Below, piece by piece: positions 29,772 to 38,362 of a stretch of DNA of 64,000 nucleotides (position 1 is the stretch's first letter; the number at the start of each line of letters is the position of its first letter). The DNA is from an uncultured Fibrobacteria bacterium (GTDB lineage Bacteria; Fibrobacterota; Fibrobacteria; UBA11236). The stretch is taken from positions 768,001 through 832,000 of the forward strand of contig OY970309.1 of NCBI GenBank assembly GCA_963716395.1, written 5' to 3'. A program made the translations under genes and the position numbers. Below the pieces are notes generated by a model. That model ran no database searches and had not been told where the DNA came from. It worked only from the letters and a program-made list of their open reading frames with translations.

Positions 29772-30643
29772 GCCTGCGCGCCGTGATCGACATCGGCACC
29801 AACTCGGCCTTGCTTCTCATCGGCCGCATAAACGGCGCAAAATTGATCCCCGTCGCGCAACGCATCGCCACCCCGCGCATAGGCCGGGGCGTGGCGGCTA
29901 CGGGGCGCATCGACCCCGCCGCGTTTGCGGATTTGACGGCTGTGTTGGCCGGGTTTCAGGCCGAGATTCGATCGCAGGACGCGGACTTAGCGGCAGTGGC
30001 CGCCACCGAAGCCTTTCGCCGCGCCGCGAACGGCGCGGAATTGCTCGACGCCTTGTCCCGACAATTGGGCGTGCCTTGCCGCATTCTGAGCGGCGAAGCG
30101 GAAGCGCGGCTTGCTTATCAGGGCGTGCGTTCGCTGTATTCCGATCCCGATTTGTGGGTGCTTGACATCGGCGGCGGCAGCACCGAAGTGAATGCCGGAT
30201 CGTGGGGCCGATCTCTGCCCGTCGGCGCGGTGAATATGACCGAACGATTCGCATCGGATTCCGATGCCGCCCTGCAAGCCGCGGCCGAAGCCTTTTCCGT
30301 TTTGCCTAAGCCTTCGCCCGGCGCGGCTTTGGTGGCCGTGGGCGGCACGGCCTCGGCCCTGGCCCTGCTCGAACAGGGCTTGTCGACGTTCGACGCCGAA
30401 CGCGTGGAAGGCTTCACCGCCACTGTGGACAGGGTGCGGCGTTGGCGGCGCGAATTGTATGTGATGTCGGTTGCAGATCGAAATAAATTGCCGGGACTCG
30501 AAACCGGCCGGGGCGAAATCCTTCCCGCGGGCCTCACGCTTTGCGAAGCCTTTCTGGAGCATACGGGCTTCGCCGCGTTGCGCGTTTCGGATCGCGGCTT
30601 GCGCTACGGCCTGCTTTGGGAAAGCGGGAAGGCAACGCCATGA
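29768..30643 (+). CDS. ppx: Ppx/GppA family exopolyphosphatase
   Basis: AVIDIGTNS, ATEAFRRA.NG, LSGEAEARL, LDIGGGSTE, SDRGLRYG. Confidence 0.92.
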   Translation: MSLRAVIDIGTNSALLLIGRINGAKLIPVAQRIATPRIGRGVAATGRIDPAAFADLTAVLAGFQAEIRSQDADLAAVAATEAFRRAANGAELLDALSRQLGVPCRILSGEAEARLAYQGVRSLYSDPDLWVLDIGGGSTEVNAGSWGRSLPVGAVNMTERFASDSDAALQAAAEAFSVLPKPSPGAALVAVGGTASALALLEQGLSTFDAERVEGFTATVDRVRRWRRELYVMSVADRNKLPGLETGRGEILPAGLTLCEAFLEHTGFAALRVSDRGLRYGLLWESGKATP

Positions 30644-31413
30644 GGCTCAACCGCTATCTGGCCTGGTGCGGCCTGGGCAGCCGCCGCGCCGTGGAGCAGT
30701 TGATTCGCGCGGGCCGCGTGCGGGTGAACGGCGAAGACGCGGATTTGGCACAGGCCGTGGTTGATGGCGACCGCGTCGAAGTGGATGAGAAACCCGTATA
30801 CCCGCCATCCGAGCCGGTGTACGGCATGCTGAACAAGCCCGTCGGGGTGTTGTGTTCGCGCGGCGACACGCATGGACGCACCACGGTCTATCACCTCCTG
30901 CCCAAAGATTGGCGCGCCCTGCATTCGGTGGGCCGCCTCGATCGCGACAGCCGGGGTTTGCTGCTCTTCACCAATGACGGCGCGCTGACGCAGGGCTTGA
31001 CCCATCCCCGCCACGGCGTGCTGCGCACCTATGCCGTGCGCACCGCCGCGCCGCTGTCGGAAGACGATCAGCGTCGCCTGCGGCAAGGCGTTGAAGTGGA
31101 ACCCGGAGTGATTTTTCAATGCGCCACCCTGCGCCTCGGGAACGAAGGCTTTGAACTCGGTTTGCGCGAAGGGAAAAAGCGCGAAATCCGGCGGCTGTTG
31201 GCGTCGCTGGGACACAGGGTGGTAGACTTGAGACGAATCGCGTTTGGCGGAGTCGAACTTGGAAATTTGCCGGAGGGGGCTTCGCGCCTCCTGTCCCGCG
31301 ACGAGGTGGAAATTTTGCGTCAGGCCGCCGCCCTGGACGCCGCTGCTGCTGTTGTTGTGGCCGGCGCTGCCCGGCCGCGGCGCCGACCGGTCGGACGCAA
31401 CCGGCACCGTTAG
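30640..31413 (+). CDS. RsuA/RluB-family rRNA pseudouridine synthase
   Basis: S4 domain MRLNRYLA..GSRR; LNKP, VGRLDRDSRGLLLFTNDG, EGKKREIRRL. Confidence 0.93.
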   Translation: MRLNRYLAWCGLGSRRAVEQLIRAGRVRVNGEDADLAQAVVDGDRVEVDEKPVYPPSEPVYGMLNKPVGVLCSRGDTHGRTTVYHLLPKDWRALHSVGRLDRDSRGLLLFTNDGALTQGLTHPRHGVLRTYAVRTAAPLSEDDQRRLRQGVEVEPGVIFQCATLRLGNEGFELGLREGKKREIRRLLASLGHRVVDLRRIAFGGVELGNLPEGASRLLSRDEVEILRQAAALDAAAAVVVAGAARPRRRPVGRNRHR

Positions 31414-32752
31414 CGCACCCGTCTTTCTCGCCCTTCCTGAAACCGGCGTGTTACGTCACGCCCAGATGCGCCTGAGCGGCGACATGCTGTATTACAACAC
31501 CCAGGCCCTTCCCACCGGCGCCGATTCGGGCGATACGGCGGCTTCCCCGATGCTCCATTATCAGGGCAACCTGGCCTTCGGGTTCGAAAACCGCGCCGAA
31601 CTTTCGTTTCAATACGGCCGGGGATTTTCCCTGGGCCTCAAGGCCTTGCTGCTGGAAGAGGACGCCTATCTGCCCGACGTGGTGTTCGGCATCCGCAACC
31701 TGTTCGAAAGCCAGGAAGCCTATCTGTATGGCTTGCCCGATTCGCTGAACAAAAGCATGCGCGGAGAAACCTTTTTCGGCGCGGCCAAGCATCTGAGCCC
31801 GAACACCCGGCTGACCTTGGGCGCGTCGCTGCTCAACGGCGCCAATAAAAGCCCGGTGGGATTTTACGGCGGGTTGGAATGGAGTCTGGGCGCGGACGCC
31901 GTGGCTTCGTATGAAGTTTTCGAACGCTTTTCCGATTTCCATCAATTGCTGGGCCTGTCCTGGCGGATGCAGAATCTGTTTTCGCTGACCGTGGCGCTGT
32001 CTGAAGTGCAATCGTGGTTGCGCCAAAACGGCGAGTGGGGTTTTTATTTCTCGCCCGCCCAACCCCAAACCAACGGCTACGACAGTCCCGGTATTCGGGT
32101 CTCGCTATCGGTGTTCGCCTTCATGCCCAAAATCGATCACCGCACCTTCGCCGAACGCCTCGCCGATCTCGAAGAAAAAAACCGCACGCAGGCCCGGCAA
32201 TTGGAGGCGTTGAACGACAACCTGGCCACCCTGAAATCGGAACAGGAGGTGACGCGCCACGCGATGTATCAATTGGCCAACGGCAACCGCGGTCTGGCGC
32301 TCGAAGGCCCCGAAGCCGAATTTCGGGTGCTGGTCGATTTGTACCAAAGCGAAAACGTGGATCCCGCCGCCGTGCGCGCGCAGGTGAACAAGTTGTTGGC
32401 CTATCAGGATAAGGCCCACGCCGTGCTGAATCAAGCCGCGCGCGACACTTCGGCGACCGACGAAAAACGGGTGGCGGCCCTCCTGGCCATCGCTACCAGC
32501 CGCGACAGCACCTATGCCCCGTTGCTCGTGTCGCTGTGCCGGGACCACAGCCCCCGCATCCGCCGCGAAGCGATCACGGCCCTGGCCCAGGTGCAACCGC
32601 GCCTGCTGGCCACCGCCGTGACGCCCTTGCTGAAAGACCCCGACGACGCGGTGGCCCTGACGGCACGCATGGCCTTGCAGATGGCAAAGCCCGCCGCCGA
32701 TTCGGCCCGGGTCGACTCCTCCGCGGCAGCGCCGTCGCAGCCGCCCCGATAG
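31244..32752 (+). CDS. Exported protein: predicted beta-barrel, coiled coil and HEAT-like repeats (start uncertain)
   Basis: Hydrophobic signal-like segment PLLLLLWPALPGRGA; amphipathic beta strands (SLGLKALLLEE..PDVVFGI); coiled coil; D.SPRIRREAITAL / LLKDPDDAV repeats. Confidence 0.65.
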   Translation: MAESNLEICRRGLRASCPATRWKFCVRPPPWTPLLLLLWPALPGRGADRSDATGTVSAPVFLALPETGVLRHAQMRLSGDMLYYNTQALPTGADSGDTAASPMLHYQGNLAFGFENRAELSFQYGRGFSLGLKALLLEEDAYLPDVVFGIRNLFESQEAYLYGLPDSLNKSMRGETFFGAAKHLSPNTRLTLGASLLNGANKSPVGFYGGLEWSLGADAVASYEVFERFSDFHQLLGLSWRMQNLFSLTVALSEVQSWLRQNGEWGFYFSPAQPQTNGYDSPGIRVSLSVFAFMPKIDHRTFAERLADLEEKNRTQARQLEALNDNLATLKSEQEVTRHAMYQLANGNRGLALEGPEAEFRVLVDLYQSENVDPAAVRAQVNKLLAYQDKAHAVLNQAARDTSATDEKRVAALLAIATSRDSTYAPLLVSLCRDHSPRIRREAITALAQVQPRLLATAVTPLLKDPDDAVALTARMALQMAKPAADSARVDSSAAAPSQPPR

Positions 32753-32845
32753 ACCCCACCCCGGGAGCGAACCGGGCCCGTGAAAGTTCTGGCTCCGCAG
32801 CCTGCGGACCCTGGGCGAAGGGGGTGGTGCGAACGGAACAAACCC

Positions 32846-35305
32846 TTAGAAGCCAGCCCCCAGGGATAGGAGCATGTTGGCGTAGGCGCTGTAACCCGCG
32901 CCGCCCGGGCCCCAGCCCGCATGCAGGGAGAATTGGGTGATCAAGTCGCCGATGGCATCCTTATAGCGCAGGCCGCCCCCGATGCGCTGGTAGAATTTCT
33001 GTGCCATGGGAAGATCCTCGCGCCACAGGCACGGGCCCGCGTAAAAGCCCTGGCCCAAGCTGCTGTAGGCTTCGATGCGACTGAAGAATACGGCATTGTC
33101 GTCGGCCGTGCTTTGGTTCACGATTTCACCGATGACCCCGGAGTATTGATTCACCAACTGGTTGATCTCCTGATCGCGCAGGAGCAGGCGGAAGCTGCCG
33201 GTGTCGGCCAGCACCAAAGCCTGATGCACGTGGCCCGTGAACTCGGCCTCGACCCAGGAAATCAGCGAATGGGAAAAGGCCCATTCGCCTTCGATGCGGC
33301 CGTAGACGCCGCCCGTGGCGATATTCGCAGCGGGCAGGCGCAAGGTGAAGCCGAGATCCGTCCACAAGCGCCGGCCTTTAGCCTCTTGATCGCGCCCCAT
33401 GAGGTTGCCGCCGAAAAAGATAAAGGGATATTCGCGGTCCGATTGGGCCGAGAGGCTCAGCACCTGGCCGAGATTGGGCGAGTACAAGCCGATGCGACCC
33501 GTACCGAAATCGGCGGTCACCGTCCAGGCCGTCATATCGCTTTGCACGCGGTTCTCCAGAAACCAGCGCACCTTGCGCGGCGGCGGATCGGCGCGAAAGG
33601 CCACCCATTGTTCGGCCGTCTGACCGCCCAAGTCCGTGGCCGTTATGCGCGCGGGATAAATTCCGGGGCGGCCGGCTGTGAAGGACAGCTGGCGCCCGTC
33701 CCATTGGATCGGACTGCCCGGAGGCACTTCGGCGTGCAGCGTCACCGGCTCGCCCTGCGGGTCGACGGCCACGGGCCGGTAGCGCAGCGGCGGATCGCCG
33801 GCGCGGGAACGCCAGGCAGCGAGTTCGGTCACGAATTGCGGCGGTTGGGCCTGGCGCACCGGCAGGTAAATGCGGTGCACCAGAAGCGACCCCTGCACTT
33901 CGAAATGAAAATCGAGCTCCTGCGTGCCCGCCTGCATGGGGCGCAAATGCAACACGCCCCCGGCGAAGGCGGTGCTGTCGGAACCTTCGACCTGCTGCAG
34001 TACCACACCCTGCGCGGCCCAGGCCGCGGCGGTGGCGCCGGCTTTCCAAGTGTAGGACCGGCCCTGGAGCAACGTGTCCCAGGGCAGGTCGACCCGGATT
34101 TGCCCGGACCAGGGGATCTCGTCGGGGGTGATCACCTGCACGGCATACTGGAAATCCCGGCGCGACCCCAACGGGTCCTGCACGGCCAGGGAAAATGTCT
34201 GGCGCGACCCGGCCAAAGTGCTGTCGGGCGTCCAATCCAACTCCAGGCTGTCGGGGTCGAAGCGCATGCCGGGCGCCAGGGCCGTGGGCCAGACGCGCAG
34301 CAAGTAACTCGCGTGATCCGGGTCGACGGGTTCGGGGCGAAAGCGCCAGGGCTGGCCGATCACCGCCACCGGCTTAGGCGTGGCGGCCAACAGGGGCGGA
34401 CGGTTGAAATGCAGGCGCAGCGAAAACCCCAAGGTGTCGCGGCCGCCCTTGGCATCGCGCGCTTCGGCCGTCAGGCGAAAGCGGCCGCCTACGGTGGGCG
34501 TGCCCTGCAGTTCGTGCCGGGCCGCGTCCCAGGTGAGCCCCGCCGGCAGATCCCCCTGCAGACGGTAGGTCAGGTCGGTTGCGGGCGCGGTGGGATCGAT
34601 GGCCCAGACCTGATAGAAAAAAGGTTGGCCCACAAACAAAAGCGAATCGGGCGGAGGCGAAACGATGCGCGGTCCGCCCCGTTCGGCCACGCGCCGCACG
34701 CTCGTGAACCGCAACTGATCGAGCAGGGCGGCGGGCGCCAGCAAGGTGAGGTACCCGTCATGGAATTCGACCGTGAGCTGGTTGCGCAGCGGCGCGCCGC
34801 CGAAGGTGTCTTCGAACACCTTGATCAATTCCGCGCCGAGCTTGAAGGCCTTGCGCTCGCGGGGGCCCGTCACCAGGGCGGCGCGCTGTTCCCACGACGC
34901 GCTGCGGGTCTGGCCCTGCACGCGCACGACGGGCGCGGCGCGCAATTTTTCCAGGGCGTTCTCCGCCTGCAAGGTGTTCCACACGTCGCCATCTACCAGC
35001 ACGGCTTTGTTTTGGAAACGCATGATATCGCCCTGGCCGAGGCCGGCGCTGAGATCATGCACCAAAAATACGGGTTGGCCGACGGCCTTGAAGCGCGCGG
35101 CCAGGCGCGCCCCCACCGCCGAGTCCGAAAGGGTGAGCAAACCGTAATAGTTGAGCGCTTCATTGCCGTTGTCGGCCCGCGCCGGGAGAAACAAAAAGCC
35201 CAGGGCGACGATCAAACTGCCCCAGGAAAAAACGCGGGACCCGCTACGCCGCAGGAAGCGATGCCGCCGCCCGAGCGCGCAGCGATCTTTTTGCTCTGTG
35301 ATCAT
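32846..35305 (-). CDS. Putative Ig-domain (He_PIG/cadherin-like) repeat outer-membrane surface protein
   Basis: Signal-like segment; LPAGLTWD..ELQGTPT, PGMRFD..LDWTP and D-P-x-G repeats; beta-rich C-terminal region ending in LSLGAGF. Confidence 0.75.
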   Translation of the reverse strand: MITEQKDRCALGRRHRFLRRSGSRVFSWGSLIVALGFLFLPARADNGNEALNYYGLLTLSDSAVGARLAARFKAVGQPVFLVHDLSAGLGQGDIMRFQNKAVLVDGDVWNTLQAENALEKLRAAPVVRVQGQTRSASWEQRAALVTGPRERKAFKLGAELIKVFEDTFGGAPLRNQLTVEFHDGYLTLLAPAALLDQLRFTSVRRVAERGGPRIVSPPPDSLLFVGQPFFYQVWAIDPTAPATDLTYRLQGDLPAGLTWDAARHELQGTPTVGGRFRLTAEARDAKGGRDTLGFSLRLHFNRPPLLAATPKPVAVIGQPWRFRPEPVDPDHASYLLRVWPTALAPGMRFDPDSLELDWTPDSTLAGSRQTFSLAVQDPLGSRRDFQYAVQVITPDEIPWSGQIRVDLPWDTLLQGRSYTWKAGATAAAWAAQGVVLQQVEGSDSTAFAGGVLHLRPMQAGTQELDFHFEVQGSLLVHRIYLPVRQAQPPQFVTELAAWRSRAGDPPLRYRPVAVDPQGEPVTLHAEVPPGSPIQWDGRQLSFTAGRPGIYPARITATDLGGQTAEQWVAFRADPPPRKVRWFLENRVQSDMTAWTVTADFGTGRIGLYSPNLGQVLSLSAQSDREYPFIFFGGNLMGRDQEAKGRRLWTDLGFTLRLPAANIATGGVYGRIEGEWAFSHSLISWVEAEFTGHVHQALVLADTGSFRLLLRDQEINQLVNQYSGVIGEIVNQSTADDNAVFFSRIEAYSSLGQGFYAGPCLWREDLPMAQKFYQRIGGGLRYKDAIGDLITQFSLHAGWGPGGAGYSAYANMLLSLGAGF

Positions 35306-35330
35306 TGCGCTTGGCACTTTGCCTTCCTCT

Positions 35331-35882
35331 TCAATATCCCCGCGTGCGTTTGGTCCATTGGCGAAAGGCGGCTTCCATAGCCTTGGACTCCGGGCTCGAA
35401 CCGTAGTCGACGGTGTCGGCGCCCACGAACCATTCGCCTTCATCCTGGCTCCACAAAACGCGGCCGCGGCGAAAACTGTGCGTATGGCCCTGGCCCTGCA
35501 CGCGCAAGGCGACAAAGCTGGCGGCGTCGGGCAAATGCCGCAGGATGAGCAGATTGCTGTCGGCTTGGGCGGCTTCGATGTAAATCGTATCGCCCAGACG
35601 CGTGAACAGGGCCTTGGCGTCACCCAGTCCGAAGGCCGCCCGGTAGGGTTGCACCGCCGCGCTGTCGTCGGAAGCATGCGAAAGGATGTGCACGGCCTCT
35701 TGCGACCAGTACAAATCGGTTTTGGCCGTAACGGTTTTGGCCTTGTCGAGATTGACCAGCGGCACCATGAAGATGATGCGCAACAGCAACAACACCGTGA
35801 TGATGGTGAGAATGTCCTCGAAGCTGATGGCCTCGCCCAGGGCCGCGCTGTTGTCCAGGGTTCGCCGCCGCCGTCGCATCAC
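35331..35882 (-). CDS. MotB/ExbD-like single-TM protein with an unrecognised periplasmic domain
   Basis: Basic N-terminus, ISFEDILTIITVLLLL with Asp at the start of the TM helix; start overlaps the stop of the MotA-like gene. Confidence 0.65.
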   Translation of the reverse strand: MMRRRRRTLDNSAALGEAISFEDILTIITVLLLLRIIFMVPLVNLDKAKTVTAKTDLYWSQEAVHILSHASDDSAAVQPYRAAFGLGDAKALFTRLGDTIYIEAAQADSNLLILRHLPDAASFVALRVQGQGHTHSFRRGRVLWSQDEGEWFVGADTVDYGSSPESKAMEAAFRQWTKRTRGY

Positions 35883-36973
35883 GCTTCCCCCGGCGCCGGC
35901 GGCGCCGCCGCCTGCTGCTTGGCGGCCAGAAAGGTCCGGTATTGCTTTTCATAATCCCCCAGTTCGCCCACGCGTTTGCCCACCTGCGCCTGAATGCGCG
36001 CGATTTGATCCAACTGCGTCGCCGAGTTGCGCAAGGCCTCGGTGAGCTTGCTCAGGTGGGTTTCAATCGCCTGCTGCGCATGCATCAGCGAGTGCTCCAT
36101 TTTTTCCCGGCGATCCTCCAAAGCATGCAATTGCGCCTCGGCGCCGTAATGCTTGCGAATCCACGGCTGCAGGCGCGTCAGATTCCAGTCGTTGATATGC
36201 GAGTTCACCATGTCGAAACCGTTGAGCACGCGTTCGAGCAGTTGCACGGTTACGAATTCGATGAAGATGGAAAGCGCCGTGGCGATGAGGGTGTTCAGAA
36301 TGGCGTATTGGTCGCCGTCGATGGCCTTGGCGATGTCGGCGATGAATTTGAACTCTCCCTGGCTGTCCGACAGGCCGAGTACCGCGCGTTTCATGGGGGG
36401 AAAGGTGAGGATGAGTCCGATTAAAGTGCCCAGGAAACCCAGCTTGAGCGTGGTGCGGTTAAGCGAGATATGCCAGGACAGGGCGCGGCTGTCGCCCAGC
36501 GAGCGGCGCTCCCAGGCGCTGTCGAGCAAGGCGTCGGAGCCTTCGACTTCGCCGCGCAGACCGAGTTCGATCCAGCGCAGCAGAAGATCGCGCAAATGCC
36601 CGCCGGATGTATGCTCCAGCAGGGTTTGCCGCAGCGCTTCCAGGTCGGGCTCGTCGCCGGCCGCGCGCAGCACTTCGATCACTTTTTCGGTGCCGGCCAC
36701 GCCCGGCAACAGGCGCCGGATCTGCGCCAGCGCCAGCAGTTGGCCGAACACGAAGATGCCGTAAATGAGGGCGAGAAAGAAAAAGAGAAAGCGGTCTTGC
36801 AGCCAATTCCCCTGAATCATGTACCATCCCCCGGCCGTGGCCGCGGCCACCAGCGGCAGGGGAAAGCTGGCGCAGATGCGCGCCGTTTTGCGAATGCGGC
36901 GTAAAGCCCGCTGCGCCTGCTCCAGCGGGTTTTCAGACAGTTGGAAAGACGGGGAGACCGGCGGTGCGTTCAT
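35879..36973 (-). CDS. MotA/TolQ/ExbB-family (ZorA-like) ion channel protein with a C-terminal coiled-coil tail
   Basis: Two N-terminal TM segments, cytoplasmic helices, LKLGFLGTLIGLILTF and AILNTLIATALSIFI, then about 90 aa of heptad-like tail. Confidence 0.75.
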   Translation of the reverse strand: MNAPPVSPSFQLSENPLEQAQRALRRIRKTARICASFPLPLVAAATAGGWYMIQGNWLQDRFLFFFLALIYGIFVFGQLLALAQIRRLLPGVAGTEKVIEVLRAAGDEPDLEALRQTLLEHTSGGHLRDLLLRWIELGLRGEVEGSDALLDSAWERRSLGDSRALSWHISLNRTTLKLGFLGTLIGLILTFPPMKRAVLGLSDSQGEFKFIADIAKAIDGDQYAILNTLIATALSIFIEFVTVQLLERVLNGFDMVNSHINDWNLTRLQPWIRKHYGAEAQLHALEDRREKMEHSLMHAQQAIETHLSKLTEALRNSATQLDQIARIQAQVGKRVGELGDYEKQYRTFLAAKQQAAAPPAPGEA

Positions 36974-38103
36974 GGTTTCACTCCGGGCCGGCGCAGAAGG
37001 GGATTGTCCCAATCGATGCGCACGGCGGCGTTGAGGTGGACGTCTTCTTTGTTGCGGAAGGCCAATTCCAAATGCAGTACGGTAAAGCGCACGGCGCTGG
37101 GGAAGGATTTTGGAACCGGGATACCGAAGTCGGCGGGAAAGAAATCGGCCTGCACCTGGGTGTAGATCGCGCCGCCGATGAGAAAGCCGAAGCCGAAGGG
37201 GCCGAAGGGCGATGCCAGGTCGGCCAATCCGATTTCCTGCACCGGAGTGCGGTAGGCGTCGCCATCGAAATGGATGGAGTAACGCAGCGCCGCGAATTTC
37301 AGATGCAGGGCCTGGGACAAATTGCCCGGCAGCGTGACGCCCTTCTCCCATTGACGCACCAGCACGCCGGATGTGCGTGTGAGCGCCGCATGCGACGCAT
37401 CGATGTCCATCCAGTAAAACTCGGGAAAGGGCCGGTCGGCGAGATCGACCTCCCACTTCACACCCGGCACGCCTACGGCCGCATGCCACCACCAATATCC
37501 CGGGCCCCAGGCTCCCGCATTTCCGGTGTCGGCCGGATCGAGAAGCTGCTGCGACAGGCCGCCGCCGTATTGGCTGCGGTGCACGCCGACTTCGAAAGAC
37601 GTCCACCGGATGGGCCGATCCCGCCAAACAAAATCCACCCGGCGATCGAACTCGGGACCGGCGCCTTTGACCAAGGTCACCGCGCTCTGAAAATCCAGAC
37701 TGACGCCGGTCGGCCATTGCAGCCAGTCAAAGGCGCTGTCCCGGCGATCCCACAGGCCACGCCATACATTGGTTTCGGATGGCCGGGGCGTTCCCATGGG
37801 CTCCTCGCGGCGGACGGTGCCCCCCAACAAGGCCAGCGCAAAGCCGGGTAATTCCTGAATCTCCGTACCGGCGCGCAACAGCACCAACTGGGGATGCGCC
37901 GTGTCTTTGGCGGGACGGCGCACCAGCACCTGGTAATTTCCCGGCGGGGGATTGCCGGCGGCATCGGCAGCGCGCCAGAAGGCGCGCACCTGCGCGGTGT
38001 CCCGGATTTCGAACAGCGAGAGCGAGTCGGCGGCTGAGGCGGCGGCGACAAGCAACCCCGTCAGTCCTACCACGCAGCACGTGCGGACGCGGAAGAAAAT
38101 CAT
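36970..38103 (-). CDS. Exported beta-rich hypothetical protein, possibly an outer-membrane barrel
   Basis: Signal peptide ending AASA-AD; Trp/Phe/Gly-rich alternating strands; stop overlaps the next start. Confidence 0.6.
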   Translation of the reverse strand: MIFFRVRTCCVVGLTGLLVAAASAADSLSLFEIRDTAQVRAFWRAADAAGNPPPGNYQVLVRRPAKDTAHPQLVLLRAGTEIQELPGFALALLGGTVRREEPMGTPRPSETNVWRGLWDRRDSAFDWLQWPTGVSLDFQSAVTLVKGAGPEFDRRVDFVWRDRPIRWTSFEVGVHRSQYGGGLSQQLLDPADTGNAGAWGPGYWWWHAAVGVPGVKWEVDLADRPFPEFYWMDIDASHAALTRTSGVLVRQWEKGVTLPGNLSQALHLKFAALRYSIHFDGDAYRTPVQEIGLADLASPFGPFGFGFLIGGAIYTQVQADFFPADFGIPVPKSFPSAVRFTVLHLELAFRNKEDVHLNAAVRIDWDNPLLRRPGVKP

Positions 38104-38362
38104 GTTGATGCGATGGTTCTCAGCGGCCGGCCACCGCAGCGATGATCATAATATAGGCGGACTCCCGATTGCCCGGTGGCAGGACCACCGCGGCCGTACC
38201 GGTTGCCAACCGCGGCGTGCGGAACGAAAACCGATGGCTGACGTAACGCCGACCCGAAGGGTAGCTTTTCCCTTCGGCCCGCCTGCGGTCCGCATCGGGC
38301 GGACGGCAGGGGATTGGTTTCCTAACCTGTCGTGGAATGTCCGAGGCCGAAGGGGAAATGCG

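Noticed and set aside
32921-35380. Long antisense or alternative-frame ORFs (also 26626-28845, 42454-45045, 51734-53449, 56309-58108)
   Set aside because: Shadow ORFs opposite well-supported genes, expected in high-GC DNA, with no recognisable motifs.
35331-36973. Canonical Zorya defence system or flagellar stator motAB
   Set aside because: The B subunit has no recognisable OmpA-like peptidoglycan-binding domain, the A-subunit tail is short, and no zorC/D/E or flagellar genes flank the pair. Kept as an unassigned motor instead.
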